NCBI GenBank assembly: GCA_963717145.1
Contig: OY970325.1
Location: 2,240,001-2,304,000, forward strand
Length of the DNA stretch: 64,000 nucleotides
Direction of reading: 5' to 3'
Origin: an uncultured Armatimonadetes bacterium
Lineage (GTDB): Bacteria > Armatimonadota > UBA5829 > DTJY01
Part shown: positions 51,602-62,760 of the stretch, piece by piece
Layout: every line of letters starts with the position of its first letter
Numbering within the stretch: position 1 is the stretch's first letter
Translations under genes and position numbers: made by a program
Notes under the pieces: generated by a model
Databases searched by the model: none
Told to the model about the DNA's origin: nothing
What the model saw: only the letters and a program-made list of their open reading frames with translations

Positions 51602-53413
51602 CTACTCCAGGCGGGTGAAGCGGTCGGAGAGGGCGTCGTCCTGGGCGAGCTTCTCGGCATAGTCGAGGTGCTTTTGGGCCTCGGCGTTTGCGGGGTCGAT
51701 GCCGAGCACCTTGCGGAACTGAGCAATCGCCTGAGGATACCTCCCCACCTCGTAGAACGCCAGACCCTCGGCGAGCGCCTCATCACACCGCGCTCGTGAC
51801 AACTTCTCCCGGACGGCGTCGGAGGGAGCGCGGTCGTATGCCTGCTCCAGGAGTCGGACGGCCTCCGACGCGTGACCCGATGTGAGCGCGCCATCGGCCT
51901 CGCGGAGGAGACGGTCGGTCACCTCATCCTCGAGCCGCCCGAGAAGCTCCCGGGCCTCGGCGTTCGTCGCATCGAGCCTGAGCAGGACGCTCAGGATGCC
52001 GAGCGCATCCTCGACCTCCGCGTCACGGGCGCATCGGAGCATCCCCTGAACGGCCTTCTTCCGCGCGCCGACGACCTCCCCGGCGAGATCGGGCGCATAG
52101 ACGCAGTTCCCCCAGGCGGTCTCGATCCGACGGGCGGCTTCGGCGCGGTCATTCCTCGCCAGCGACTCGTCCGCCAGACTGAGAGATTCCCGCACGAGGG
52201 AATGCGCCGTCTCGGCGAGCTTCCCGGCGGCGTCGGCGTTCCTGGGATCGAGTTCGAGGGTCCGGACGAGGGCCGGGACCGCGTCGTCGAGATCGCCCCG
52301 CTCGGCCATCGCGAGCGCATTCGCGTAGAGATCGGAGGCCCGCTGGGCGTCGGCCATGCGGCTCGAACGGCCCTGAATCTCGAACACGAGGAGGCTGCCG
52401 TCCCTGCACGACACGGCCACATAACGGCCGTCATCAGAGCAGGCTACCGATGTGACCGCCGAGGGAGCGGTGAACTCGGCGAGCGGCCGGCCGTCGTCGG
52501 ACAGGCATTCGACGGCGTGCATGTCTCCGTCGCCCGGAGGCTGTAGGGGCGTGCCTTGTGCCGCCCGGTCTACGGACCCGTCAGGAACATGGTCGTCACC
52601 TCCGGGCGGCACAAGGCACGCCCCTACAGCGTTGGCTGGGGCACAGGGCGGCACGAGGCACGCCCCTACAGCGTTCCGGGCGGCCACGACGAGCCTGCCA
52701 TCCAGAGTGGCGGTGCAGGCGGTGACGGGGCCATCTCCGCCGGCTTCCCACTTCTTCTCGGCCTCCTCGATCGCCATCAGCGTGCCGGACCTCGTGCCGA
52801 CGATCACTGGCCCGCTGGATGATGGAATGCAGACGGTCGATATCGGTTCGCCGGCGTCGAACTCCCAGATCACTTGACGGTCCGAGGAGAGGAGGACGAC
52901 CACTCCCTCCTCCGATCCCGCGGCAACACACGAGCCGTCGGGCGAAATCTGCGCGCAGGTCAGCGTCAGTTGGAGGTCCTTCGTGCGGACGCCCGTGCCG
53001 TCCGTCGAGGCGAGGGTGACTCCATACGCCGACTGCAGCAGGTCCGAGGAGGCCACGGCAAAGGACTCACCATCCGCTGTGATCGAGGCGGCGAGGTACG
53101 AATCCCGGCGGTCGGTGAGCAGCCGTGTCTTCTGCCCGCCTCGGAAGACGTAGAGCACGTCATCCGTGGCCGCGATGAAGGTGTCGCCGGACGCGGAGAT
53201 GTCCCAGGCGGCGAGCTTCTCCACCGAAAAGTCGCTGATCTCGCCCCAGTCGCCCGTGTGCGACATCATGCCCAGATGGTAGAGGCGCGATTGGTCCTTG
53301 TCCGGGGTGGCGAGCATGACCGACCCGTCCGCGGACACAGAGAACCGCGTCACGGGCAGGTGTCCCCGGATTCTTCGCTCCAGTATGAGACTCGATGGTT
53401 GCGGGTCGTTCAT
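51602..53413 (-). CDS. WD40/PQQ-like beta-propeller plus TPR protein, with in-frame REP insertion
   Basis: ISPDGS..AAGS repeats; TPRs (LELDPRNADA, LGIDPANAEA); start moved to MNDPQ. Confidence 0.8.
   Translation of the reverse strand: MNDPQPSSLILERRIRGHLPVTRFSVSADGSVMLATPDKDQSRLYHLGMMSHTGDWGEISDFSVEKLAAWDISASGDTFIAATDDVLYVFRGGQKTRLLTDRRDSYLAASITADGESFAVASSDLLQSAYGVTLASTDGTGVRTKDLQLTLTCAQISPDGSCVAAGSEEGVVVLLSSDRQVIWEFDAGEPISTVCIPSSSGPVIVGTRSGTLMAIEEAEKKWEAGGDGPVTACTATLDGRLVVAARNAVGACLVPPCAPANAVGACLVPPGGDDHVPDGSVDRAAQGTPLQPPGDGDMHAVECLSDDGRPLAEFTAPSAVTSVACSDDGRYVAVSCRDGSLLVFEIQGRSSRMADAQRASDLYANALAMAERGDLDDAVPALVRTLELDPRNADAAGKLAETAHSLVRESLSLADESLARNDRAEAARRIETAWGNCVYAPDLAGEVVGARKKAVQGMLRCARDAEVEDALGILSVLLRLDATNAEARELLGRLEDEVTDRLLREADGALTSGHASEAVRLLEQAYDRAPSDAVREKLSRARCDEALAEGLAFYEVGRYPQAIAQFRKVLGIDPANAEAQKHLDYAEKLAQDDALSDRFTRLE
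52541..52673. repeat. Three GTAG-type REP units inside a CDS
   Basis: GTAGGGGCGTGCCTTGTGCCGCCC once forward and twice reverse. Confidence 0.85.
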
Positions 53414-53423
53414 TGGCGAGATG

Positions 53424-53540
53424 CCGTAGGGGCGATCCTTCCACGGTCGCCCGGATATGATGGGCCATGCCTCACGCCGGGCGACCGTGGAAGGATCGCC
53501 CCTACGGATCACGGGAGGCCGTTGAAGGTCTCCCCTACAG
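53424..53540. repeat. GTAG-type REP doublet plus a third degenerate unit
   Basis: CCGTAGGGGCGATCCTTCCACGGTCGCCCGG and complement. Confidence 0.9.
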
Positions 53541-54422
53541 CTTCACCGTCTTGCCGGACTGGGACGACTTCTCGGCGGCGTCGAGCATCGCCATGATCTC
53601 GAGGGCATCCTCCATCGAAGCAGCGGGCGGTCCGCCGCGGAAGAACTCGACAACGTGCTCCAACTCCGCGGTATAGAGCCGCTTCGTATCCGCTGCGAAC
53701 GGAAACACCTTCTTCTTATCGCGCACGAGTCCACCGTAGCTGTAGACGCCAGTCGTCAGCTCCACGACTCCGCGCCGGGCGTCCGGGTAATCGACGACCG
53801 CGACCACGCCGGCATCATCCTTCCGCGCGAAGACCGACTTCGCGCCGATACCCATCGCGCGCTCGAGCATCTCGAAGGCGTGGACTCCGTACCAGACGAT
53901 CGAACTGCCCGCGGGGGCGACTCCGACCGGGCCGTACATGCTCGCGTACATGGCCTCCGGGACCTCTTCAGCCGCCTGATCGAGGTTCGGGATATACCTG
54001 AGCGACGACGACGAGAACACGCGGATGTTCTTCTCCTTCGCCATGTCGTATATCGTCCGGGCGTTCTCGATGTTGTCGGCGAGCGGCTTATCGAGGAAGA
54101 TCGGCATCCCGAGGCCGGCGACCTTTTTGAAGTACTCGAGGTGATAGGCGCCGTCGTTGATCTCCAGCATGATCGCGTGACAGCCGTCGATCGCCTCATC
54201 GAAGTCCTCGGTGACCTTGATTCCCCACGCTTCGAGTTGTGCCTGCCGCTTGTCGAGGCCCTCCTTGTCCTGGAACGGGGTTTCGAAGCGGAGGCACGTG
54301 ATCGCCTCCATCCCCTGGACCTTCTGGTCCTCGGCGCAGTCTGGCGCCTGCATTCTCCGCGCGAACTCGACCGTGTGACTGGTGTCGAGTCCGATGAGCG
54401 CTACTTTGATCTCCTCGGGCAT
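53535..54422 (-). CDS. Gfo/Idh/MocA family oxidoreductase
   Basis: IGLDTSHT, IFLDKPLA, SSSSLRY, WYGVHAFE. Confidence 0.88.
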   Translation of the reverse strand: MPEEIKVALIGLDTSHTVEFARRMQAPDCAEDQKVQGMEAITCLRFETPFQDKEGLDKRQAQLEAWGIKVTEDFDEAIDGCHAIMLEINDGAYHLEYFKKVAGLGMPIFLDKPLADNIENARTIYDMAKEKNIRVFSSSSLRYIPNLDQAAEEVPEAMYASMYGPVGVAPAGSSIVWYGVHAFEMLERAMGIGAKSVFARKDDAGVVAVVDYPDARRGVVELTTGVYSYGGLVRDKKKVFPFAADTKRLYTAELEHVVEFFRGGPPAASMEDALEIMAMLDAAEKSSQSGKTVKL

Positions 54423-54440
54423 TGTTTCCTCCTGTTCAAG

Positions 54441-54536
54441 TGGCCGTAGGGGCGATCCTTCTACGGTCGCCCGAAACCACGCTACGTGGGCGATTCGTGA
54501 CGCCGGGCGACCGTAGAAGGATCGCCCCTACGGCCA
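54441..54536. repeat. GTAG-type REP doublet
   Basis: TGGCCGTAGGGGCGATCCTTCTACGGTCGCCCG and complement. Confidence 0.9.
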
Positions 54537-54553
54537 GCCCTCGCACCTCCCCA

Positions 54554-55510
54554 CTACTGCCATGCAAACTTGAGCACGCGGTGATTCCACGTGTCCGCGA
54601 TATAAACCGAATCGTCCGGGCCGATCGCGATCCCGGTGGGGCATCTGAACGGGCCGACGGCGGTCCGATGTGTATCATAGCAGATCAGGCTCGATCCGTT
54701 CGAGTTGAGCACCTGCAGCCGGTCGTTCTCCATCTCGACCACGTACACGCGGCCCTCGGAGTCGAGCGCGAGGTCCTGCGGTTCGCCGAACTGCCCTGGA
54801 CCTTCTCCCTGAGACCCATACCTGCCCACCTCGAGGCCGTTCGGATCGAGCTTGACCACGCAGTGGCAGAACGTGTCCGCGACATAGCAGCCCCCGTTGC
54901 GATCGACATCGACGCCCTGGGGACGATGGAGCTGCCGGTCGCGATTGCTGCTGATCGTAAACACATGCGCGCCGGTCGGGCTGAACTTCTGGACGCGGCC
55001 GTTCCCCGTATCGGCGACGTACATGAAGCCGTCCCTGTCGATCGCCATGCCCATCGGCGAGTTCATCTCTCCGCGGCGGTCCCCTCTCCTCCCGAAGACC
55101 ATCTCGAGCCGCCCATCGAACGAAAGCTTCTGGACGCGGTTGTTCCCCTGCTCGAGGACGTAGACGGAGAAGTACTGATCGACCGCGATGTCCTGCGGGT
55201 TGAGGAATCGGCCGGCCTCCGATCCCTTGCGTCCGATGGCGACGACCGTTCCGTTGCTCATGAACTTCTGAATGCGGTGATTGTAGGCATCGCAGACGTA
55301 GAGGCTGCCGTCCTTATCGACTGTCAGACCTGCGGGCGCGTTGAACTCCCCCACCCCCGTGCCCTTCCTGCCGATGACCTGGACGACGACCAGCGACTGG
55401 ACCGTAGTCGCGGTGGTGATAGACGCGCCGATGCTCTCAGGCTCTGTGAAACGCATCGGAGACTGATCGGCATCGAGTTCGAGAAAGTCGAAACGGTTGT
55501 TTGATTCCAT
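54554..55510 (-). CDS. NHL-repeat six-bladed beta-propeller protein
   Basis: Six F..P.G...D..G..YV.D..N.R.QK repeats. Confidence 0.92.
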   Translation of the reverse strand: MESNNRFDFLELDADQSPMRFTEPESIGASITTATTVQSLVVVQVIGRKGTGVGEFNAPAGLTVDKDGSLYVCDAYNHRIQKFMSNGTVVAIGRKGSEAGRFLNPQDIAVDQYFSVYVLEQGNNRVQKLSFDGRLEMVFGRRGDRRGEMNSPMGMAIDRDGFMYVADTGNGRVQKFSPTGAHVFTISSNRDRQLHRPQGVDVDRNGGCYVADTFCHCVVKLDPNGLEVGRYGSQGEGPGQFGEPQDLALDSEGRVYVVEMENDRLQVLNSNGSSLICYDTHRTAVGPFRCPTGIAIGPDDSVYIADTWNHRVLKFAWQ

Positions 55511-55521
55511 GCTTGGTCCCG

Positions 55522-55625
55522 GAGTGCGCCTTATGGAGTGCGGAAGCGGAGTCTGCGGAGCTTCCGCTTTGGCTCAAAAGCGGAAGCTCCGCAGACTCCG
55601 CTTCCGCACTCCATAAGGCGCACTC
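55522..55625. repeat. REP-like perfect inverted repeat (GGAGTGCGG family)
   Basis: ~49-bp arms GAGTGCGCCTTATGGAGTGCGGAAGCGGAGTCTGCGGAGCTTCCGCTTT. Confidence 0.9.
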
Positions 55626-57139
55626 TACACTTCCTCCACCGGGAGGCTGCTCGCCATCCTCGTACGGTGCGAGGCCCAGTCGCGCAGTTCGTCGATCTTC
55701 TCCTTCATCGTCGTCGAGAGCGGGACCGACTGCTCGGCGCACGTGAGGATATCGTCCATCTCCAGATCGTGTCCCTCGCCGAACGCGTCGTAGAGGCCCG
55801 ACACGACCGCCGCCTCGATCTCCGCGCCACTGAACCCCGTGGTCTTCGCGGCAAGCGCGTCGAGATCGTACTTCGCCGGGTCCCTCTTGCGCTTCCTGAG
55901 ATGAATCTCGAAGATGTCCCTGCGCTCCTGCTCGGACGGCAGGTCGACGAAGAATATCTCGTCGAACCGGCCCTTGCGCATCAATTCCGGCGGGAGTTGG
56001 GAGATGTCATTTGCCGTCGCCACGACGAATACCGGCGCGGTCTTCTCCTGCAGCCAGGTCACGAACGAGGCGAAAACCCTCGATGTCGTGCCCGCGTCGC
56101 TGAACGGCGAACTCTGAGTGCCGGCGAACCCTTTCTCAAGCTCATCGATCCACAGGATGCAGGGCGCGACCGACTCCGCGATCGCGATCGCCTTCCGGAC
56201 GTTCTCCTCCGACGAGCCGACGATCCCGCTGAAGATCTTGCCGACATCGAGCCGGAGCAAAGGTAGCCTCCAGAGCGATGCCACCGCCTTGCAGCATAGC
56301 GACTTCCCGCAGCCCTGGATGCCGAGGAGCATGATCCCCTTCGGCTGAGGGAGTCCGAACTCGCGGGCCTTCTCACTGAACGCAAGGGATCGTGTCTCGA
56401 GCCAGTGCTTCAGGCTGTCCATCCCGCCAACATCCGCGAATGCCTCGCTCGTCCGATAGTACTCCAGCATCCCGGACTTTCGGACGATCTGCTCCTTCTC
56501 AGAGGTGATCGTGTCAACATCGAAGCACCGCTTCTCGACGAGCGACTTCGCGAAGACGTTCTCGGCCTCGTTGGCGGTGAGTCCCTGCGCGGCGTGGAGA
56601 ATCTGCTCACGTTGATGCGGCTCGCAGGCGACCGCGATCTGGGCGTTCCCTTTGACCGACTGGATAATCCCTTCGAGCAACGCATCCAACTCCTCCAGGT
56701 CGGGGAGCGGGTAATCGACTACGGTGATTTCCTTCTCCAACTCGGACGGGAGCTTGAGCACCGGAGAGAGGATGATGAGCGTCTTGTAGCTGACCTTGAG
56801 CGCCTGGATGAGGTCCCTCAGGCGGCGGGTCGTGGCGCTATCACTAATATAGGAATGGAAATCCTTGAGGACGAAGATCGCCTGGTCGCGAGAGTCCATG
56901 ACGTAATCGAGCGCCGCGAGCGGATCGCGGGTCGAGTCGTCGCGCATCGAGGAGTTGGAGCCCATGCCCTGGGTGATGCTCCAGGCGTACATCCGCTTCC
57001 CACGATTGCCGGCGACCTCCCGGAGCGCCTCTTCAACGCGCTTCTCCTCCCAGGAGACTATGTAGATGATCGGGTAGCGCGCCCGGATCAGGGTCTCGAT
57101 CTCGGTGTCGATCGGCTTCTGCTTCGATCCTTTGGGCAA
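55625..57139 (-). CDS. Ycf46-like AAA+ ATPase
   Basis: [17 protein letters not shown]-domain; [43 protein letters not shown] with TTG start. Confidence 0.9.
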   Translation of the reverse strand: MPKGSKQKPIDTEIETLIRARYPIIYIVSWEEKRVEEALREVAGNRGKRMYAWSITQGMGSNSSMRDDSTRDPLAALDYVMDSRDQAIFVLKDFHSYISDSATTRRLRDLIQALKVSYKTLIILSPVLKLPSELEKEITVVDYPLPDLEELDALLEGIIQSVKGNAQIAVACEPHQREQILHAAQGLTANEAENVFAKSLVEKRCFDVDTITSEKEQIVRKSGMLEYYRTSEAFADVGGMDSLKHWLETRSLAFSEKAREFGLPQPKGIMLLGIQGCGKSLCCKAVASLWRLPLLRLDVGKIFSGIVGSSEENVRKAIAIAESVAPCILWIDELEKGFAGTQSSPFSDAGTTSRVFASFVTWLQEKTAPVFVVATANDISQLPPELMRKGRFDEIFFVDLPSEQERRDIFEIHLRKRKRDPAKYDLDALAAKTTGFSGAEIEAAVVSGLYDAFGEGHDLEMDDILTCAEQSVPLSTTMKEKIDELRDWASHRTRMASSLPVEEV

Positions 57140-57329
57140 GACAGGATACCTCCAGGCAAGTCGCCGCGGCCATTCTGAGTGGACTGCCGGGGGGTATTAT
57201 AGCGGACGGCAACCCCAATACGCAACACGCAGCACGTAAGATGCCCGATGCCGGCAAGGAATATTGACGACCTGCCATTGACAGAAACCGCCCGCTGTGC
57301 TATCACTATCCTTGAGAGGTGACATAGTC

Positions 57330-58298
57330 ATGCCCGGCAACCACCCTTCGCTAAGCTCGCTCCAACAGCAGACGGAAGACCTGATAGTCTCCCGAAAGCC
57401 TCTGCCCAGCAACGCGGCCGCTCTTGCCGATCGCTGTTCCCTACTGCGTCGCCACCTGACGGAGGCACTCGGATACATGCCTCCACACGGCGGACCGCTG
57501 TTCGTGCAAGAGGAGTCTCAGGTTCCCCTGGGAAACGACCTTGTGCATGAGTCCGTCCTGCTCGACCTGGAAACCGGTGGGACTCTCCGCTTACACGTGA
57601 TCCGCCCGACAGGAGCCGTCGGACCCGTGCCGGGAGCGATCCTGTTGCACGGATGGGACCTAGACAAGACGGGACTCGATTCAGCAGCCGCCGAGATCGC
57701 GCGCGCGGGACACGTCGTTCTCGTGCCCGGCAACCAGTGTGTCTCGAAAGGCGTCGAGGAATGCTCTGATGGCTGTTCATACGTCATTCCGGGGATGACC
57801 TATATGGGCCTGACGACGTATGAGAACTTGCGGTCTCTGGATTACCTCTGCTCACGCGATGATGTCGATGCCGAGAGGGTGGCCTGCATAGGAATCTGCT
57901 GGAGTGGAGTTCAGTGCTATCTGCTGGCAGCTCTCGATGAGCGAGTGAAGGCGGCGAGCGCCATCTGTGGCATCGCTCCTCAGGGCACACTGCCGACCGA
58001 TTACGTATTTCATCAGGGCCACATGTGCATCGGCACATTCCTTCCCGGGTTCCTGACCGAGGCGGGAATTCAGGACCTGATAGCACTCATCGCCCCGAAG
58101 CCGTTGCTGGTGCAGAACAACGTCAGCGATGCGTCGTATCCCATGCTGAACTACCGCAGATCGAAGGCCGAGACGAAAAGGGTCTACCGCACGATGGGAT
58201 ATCCGGAGAGATTCGACGCCCACGTCGAGTCGTCGACGCGCAACCTCACCCCCGAGTTCATCGCACGCACGACGGAGTGGCTGAAGGCATATCTGTAG
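57330..58298 (+). CDS. Alpha/beta hydrolase (dienelactone hydrolase/esterase-like)
   Basis: LLHG, LDYL.SR.DVD.ERV, GICWSG elbow with Cys, IAPKPLL; upstream TTGACA promoter. Confidence 0.8.
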   Translation: MPGNHPSLSSLQQQTEDLIVSRKPLPSNAAALADRCSLLRRHLTEALGYMPPHGGPLFVQEESQVPLGNDLVHESVLLDLETGGTLRLHVIRPTGAVGPVPGAILLHGWDLDKTGLDSAAAEIARAGHVVLVPGNQCVSKGVEECSDGCSYVIPGMTYMGLTTYENLRSLDYLCSRDDVDAERVACIGICWSGVQCYLLAALDERVKAASAICGIAPQGTLPTDYVFHQGHMCIGTFLPGFLTEAGIQDLIALIAPKPLLVQNNVSDASYPMLNYRRSKAETKRVYRTMGYPERFDAHVESSTRNLTPEFIARTTEWLKAYL

Positions 58299-58303
58299 GA
58301 GGA

Positions 58304-59386
58304 ATGGCCTTGTCTGTTCGAGCGCTCTTGCTTGTAATCTTGTTGTTGGCGGTCGCGGTTTCCCCGGTCTTGAGCCAGGGGGAGGATGTCAGCAATTCCT
58401 CCGCCGAAGATACGACGAGCGGACACGTGATCCAGAATGTCCCCTCGCTCAAGTGGGCGGATGGTATGTGCACGTTTGTAGGCTCGCTGAACCTGTGCCT
58501 GAACTACCTCGGCGAGAAGGTAACATATCAGCACCTCATGGGCGTCTCCGGAGCAGCATTTGCCACCCGCTTCCACCGCGACTGGTCCGCATCCTCGACC
58601 GACGCCGCACTGAACGACGATCACCCGAAGGCTGCGCTTCAGGCGGTCGGATACTCCTATACATGGGCCACTACCGGCGATCCCCAGGTCATTATGGACT
58701 CGATCGATCGGGGCGCGCCGGTGATCGGGATGAATCTGGCGGGGAACAACGACTGGGGAGTCATCGCCGGGTATGGACGCATGGGGGAAGTATGGCTCGG
58801 CCGCACATTCTATGACCAGTCGTCCGACTACTATAGGACCGGCAAGTTGCCATGGAGCGCGCTGATCCTCGGGCAGAAAGGCGCCGTGCCGCCGATAGCT
58901 CAGAGCGCGCACAACTCGATCAAGCTGGCGGTCGAGTTCGCCAAGGGAGAGCGCAAACTCAAGGACCCAAAGTATGCCGTCGGGTTCGACGCATACGTCG
59001 CATGGATCGAGGCGCTCCAATCCAAGAAGTGTCAGGAGCTTGCCGGCAAGGAACTCGAACAAACGGCCTCCACCAACGCATTGATGTTCAATTCCCTGAT
59101 CGATGCCCGGCATGCCGGTGCGGCCTATCTCACGTCGGCGGCGAGGGTGCTCAACGGCGATGCGAAGACTCACTGCGAGGAGGCGGCGGCCCTCTACCAG
59201 GAGGAGATCGATGCCCTGAGGACCGCGAAGGACTACGTGAAGTACCCGCAGAACATCACGTCCGGGCCGAAGTGGTCCGCCGATATGCGGGCGTACCAGA
59301 TCGAGGCGCTCAAGCAGGCGCTCGAAAAGGACAAGGCCGCGGTCGCGGCGCTCGAAAAGATATTGGACGAGAAGAAGGAGAACTGA
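58304..59386 (+). CDS. Secreted hypothetical protein (BtrH/papain-like N-domain suspected)
   Basis: AGGAGG RBS, signal peptide, YQHLMGVSGAAF, SIDRGAPVI, WGVIAGY. Confidence 0.6.
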   Translation: MALSVRALLLVILLLAVAVSPVLSQGEDVSNSSAEDTTSGHVIQNVPSLKWADGMCTFVGSLNLCLNYLGEKVTYQHLMGVSGAAFATRFHRDWSASSTDAALNDDHPKAALQAVGYSYTWATTGDPQVIMDSIDRGAPVIGMNLAGNNDWGVIAGYGRMGEVWLGRTFYDQSSDYYRTGKLPWSALILGQKGAVPPIAQSAHNSIKLAVEFAKGERKLKDPKYAVGFDAYVAWIEALQSKKCQELAGKELEQTASTNALMFNSLIDARHAGAAYLTSAARVLNGDAKTHCEEAAALYQEEIDALRTAKDYVKYPQNITSGPKWSADMRAYQIEALKQALEKDKAAVAALEKILDEKKEN

Positions 59387-59397
59387 ACGGACCAACC

Positions 59398-62300
59398 ATG
59401 CAATACGACATAGCCTTCCACTGGCGCTTCCTCCCAACCGCCGTGTGCCTGCTGGTCATGCTGGGATTCCAGTTGGCCGCACACGGCGATTCGTTTGCCG
59501 CCACCAAGCACAGCCGGTCACTGACCACCGACGCGGAACTGGGACAGATCCGTCGGAACATCGAGCAGTACCCTAAGGCGAAAGAGATCGCCGACAAGGT
59601 CATCAAGGCCGCTGACGAGTGGGTCGCCCGCTCCGATCAGTACATCTGGGACTTCATCCCGACACCTGATGTACCACGCGCCTTCAACTCCTCCTTCGAA
59701 GGCTGCCCCGTCCACGGAATGGAGTACTTCAAGCACGGCAACTACTCATGGATCATGGACCCGTTCGGCAATCCGTGGAAGATCAAGTGCCCCGTCGGCG
59801 GCGAGGAATACCCCTCGAACGACTTCACGGCCTACTACAAGACGAAGGATAAGTCGCTCCTCACCGGCGACTACCCCGACGACGGTTGGGGATGGCGCAA
59901 GGAGGAGCCGAGAAGAAGCACTGGTTCGTCGCCTACTACTGCCACTGGCTCTGGTCGAACTATATCTTTCCGGCTGTGACCAACCTCTCGCTCGCGTACC
60001 AATACACCGGCGACGAGAAGTACGCCCGGAAGGCGATCGTCATGCTCGACCGAATCGCCGCGATGTACCCCGAGATGGACCACAATAAGCAATCGAGGTA
60101 CGCGCAGGAGTTCAACGCGGGGTATCCGGGCAAGATCATCAACATGATCTGGGAGACCGGGCACATCCGCGACCTCACCAGCGCCTACGACAACATATTC
60201 GACGCCATCGCGAAGGACGGCGACTGGGCCGGCGAGGACTCCCCGCTGCAGGGCAAGTCCTATGCCGACATCCGGGCAAACATCGAGACCAACCTGCTCC
60301 GGGAAGGCGTCCGGTGCATCTACAACGGCCAGATCCGCGGCAACTACGGCATGCACCAGAACTCGCTCCTGCAACTGGCGATCGTGCTCCAGGACGAGGA
60401 GGTCACCAGGCGCGCGGTGGACTACGTCATGAACAATGCCGAGGGGATTGCCGGCGTCGAGGGGTTCAACTACGCGCTCGACAACTTCATCTTCCGCGAG
60501 GGCGTCTCCTTCGAGGTCGCGCCGGGATACTGCCTCGGATGGTCGGCGCACCTCTCGATGATCGCCGAACTCCTCGAACGACTCGGAGTCGATATCTACT
60601 CGCAGCCGAAGTTCAAGCGCATGTACACCGCCTACTTCGACATCCAGGTCCTCGGGATGCACACTCCGGCGATGGGCGACTCCGGCGGTCTCGGGGTCGG
60701 CGCGGTGAACCCATCGACGTACATGGCGCGGCTCGGCCTCGACGGCTTCGGCGATCCGATCTTCGCCAGGTTCCTGCTCGATCGGGGCTTCTACGGCGAG
60801 AAGTCGTTCACCAACAGCGGCGACCTTCGATTCGCCCCACTGAATGAGAGCGATCTCAGAAGTCGGGCCTCAGGCGCGAAGAGATCGCTGCCGGGCACGC
60901 GGAACCTCGGAAGCTACGGGCTCGGTATCCTCGAGCACGGCAAGGGAACCGACGGCGTCGGACTCGCATTGTACTACGGCCCGGCGGAGGCGGGACACGC
61001 GCACTACGACCGGCTTGCCTTCGAGCTGATCGGCTACGGCAAGAAGCTGATCCCCGACTTCGGCTACCCGCAGTTCGCGGCCGAGGACAAGGACACCGGC
61101 TGCTGGGAGCGGAACACGATCAGCCACTGCACGGTGACGGTGGACGGGACGAAGCAGCAGACGAAGCGCAGGGGCGTGCTCAACCTCTTCGCCGAGTCGC
61201 CCGACGTGCAGGTGATCGACGTCTCCGCGCCGGATGCCTATGCGAGCGCCCGGGAATATCGGCGGATGATGATGCTCGTCGGCGGCGAGTCGGAGTCGCC
61301 CTACGTCGTCGACTTCTTCCGCGTCGAGGGCGGCAAGAGCCACGACTACAGCCTTCACGGGTTCGACGGCAAGTTCTCCACCAGCGGCATCGCGCTCTCG
61401 GAGGCGCAGACGAAGGGGACGCTCGCCGGCGAGGATGTCCCCTACAGCTACCTCTACGACGACCCGGAACTCGAGCAGCCGGGGAAGAGTCGATCGTTCC
61501 ACAGCTACACCGGGACCAGCTACTCCTACCTCTACAACGTCCAGCGCGCCGTGCCCTCCGGCACCTGGGTCGCGACGTGGGCCGGTGATAGCTCGGGGAT
61601 ACACGCGATCTTCCCACGGCAGGATGTCGGGGAAGCGGTGATCGCCGACGGTAAGCCTCCGAGGCGGCCGGGCAACCCCGAGAGCCTCAAGTTCGTGCTA
61701 CTGCGCAACTCGGGCGATGACATCTCGAGCAGCTTCGTCTCGGTCATGCAGCCGTTCAAGGTGAAGGATGGCAAGGGCGACGAGCCTCTGAGCGTCAAGA
61801 CACTCAGGGCGGACGGCGGCGCGCTCCTCGAGATCAAGGGCGCTCAGGGCACGGACTACGTATGGGCGGGCGGCGACTCGACGAGCGAGATCGAGGCGGC
61901 GGGCATCGGCATCCGCGGGCGATGCGCGGTCATCCGCCTGGACGCGAAGGGTGCCCTCAAGTCGGTCTTCCTCGGCGATGGGACCAGCGTCCGGCAGGGG
62001 ATGCTTTCCGTCGAGGCCGGGCCGGGGTTCGAGGGAACGGTCGAGGCGCTCGACATCGAGCGCAATGAGATCACCGTCGGACCGGGCGGCTCTCCGTCAC
62101 TCGCGGGCCGGACCGCGATCCTCAGGCCGGGCCCGAGCGCCTGCAACTACCTGATCGAGGATGCAAGGGCGAAGGATGGGAAGCTCGTCCTCTCGCTGGG
62201 CGCGGATGTCCCGCGTATCGGCAAGGTCCAGGTGACCGGCCTCGACGACAACGGGAAGTTCGTCACGACCAACAGCCTCCTTTACCTGGCGGGCGGCGGC

Positions 62301-62585
62301 TACTACAAGCATGCCTGGCTCGCGAACGAGGGCCTCACTGCCTGGCGCAGGCTCGTCGATGTGGAGAAGAGCGCCGTGCGTCTCTCTGGCATGTCGGACC
62401 TCAAGGCGGAGTTCACCGACACCGATGGCGACGGGAGGATCACCGCATATTTGTACGACGTCGGCCCGGGCGAGAAGATCACCGTTCCGCCGGTCACCTG
62501 GATCGGCCGCGACTCCGCCGGCGAGTGGGCGATCCAGGCCGATTCCGCCGTTCAGGTGACTCTCCCCGACGGAACGAAACTGTGA
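59398..62585 (+). CDS. Heparinase II/III-like polysaccharide lyase, frameshift near 59905
   Basis: Signal peptide; AYQYTGDEKYA, GHAHYDRL, DFGYP, NTISHCTVTVDG; the two ORF parts join at GWRKE/AEKKHW. Confidence 0.8.
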
Positions 62586-62596
62586 AGATGGCACCT

Positions 62597-62711
62597 ACCG
62601 TCAGTCCTGAGTTCGCCGGTGAATGACGGCGTGTAACGAAGGACGGCCTTGCTGCACCGAGCCGTCCTTCGTTACACGCCGTCATTCACCGGCGAACTCA
62701 GGACTGACGGT
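62597..62711. repeat. Long perfect inverted repeat (~51-bp arms)
   Basis: ACCGTCAGTCCTGAGTTCGCCGGTGAATGACGGCGTGTAACGAAGGACGGC and complement. Confidence 0.9.
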
Positions 62712-62760
62712 GGTTTCTCACCGAAACAGATGCATGGACGACATCATACGAGGTAACCAT

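Noticed and set aside
44433-54536. CRISPR array from the repeated GTAGGGGCGATCC units
   Set aside because: Units are dispersed inverted doublets with no regular spacers and no cas genes
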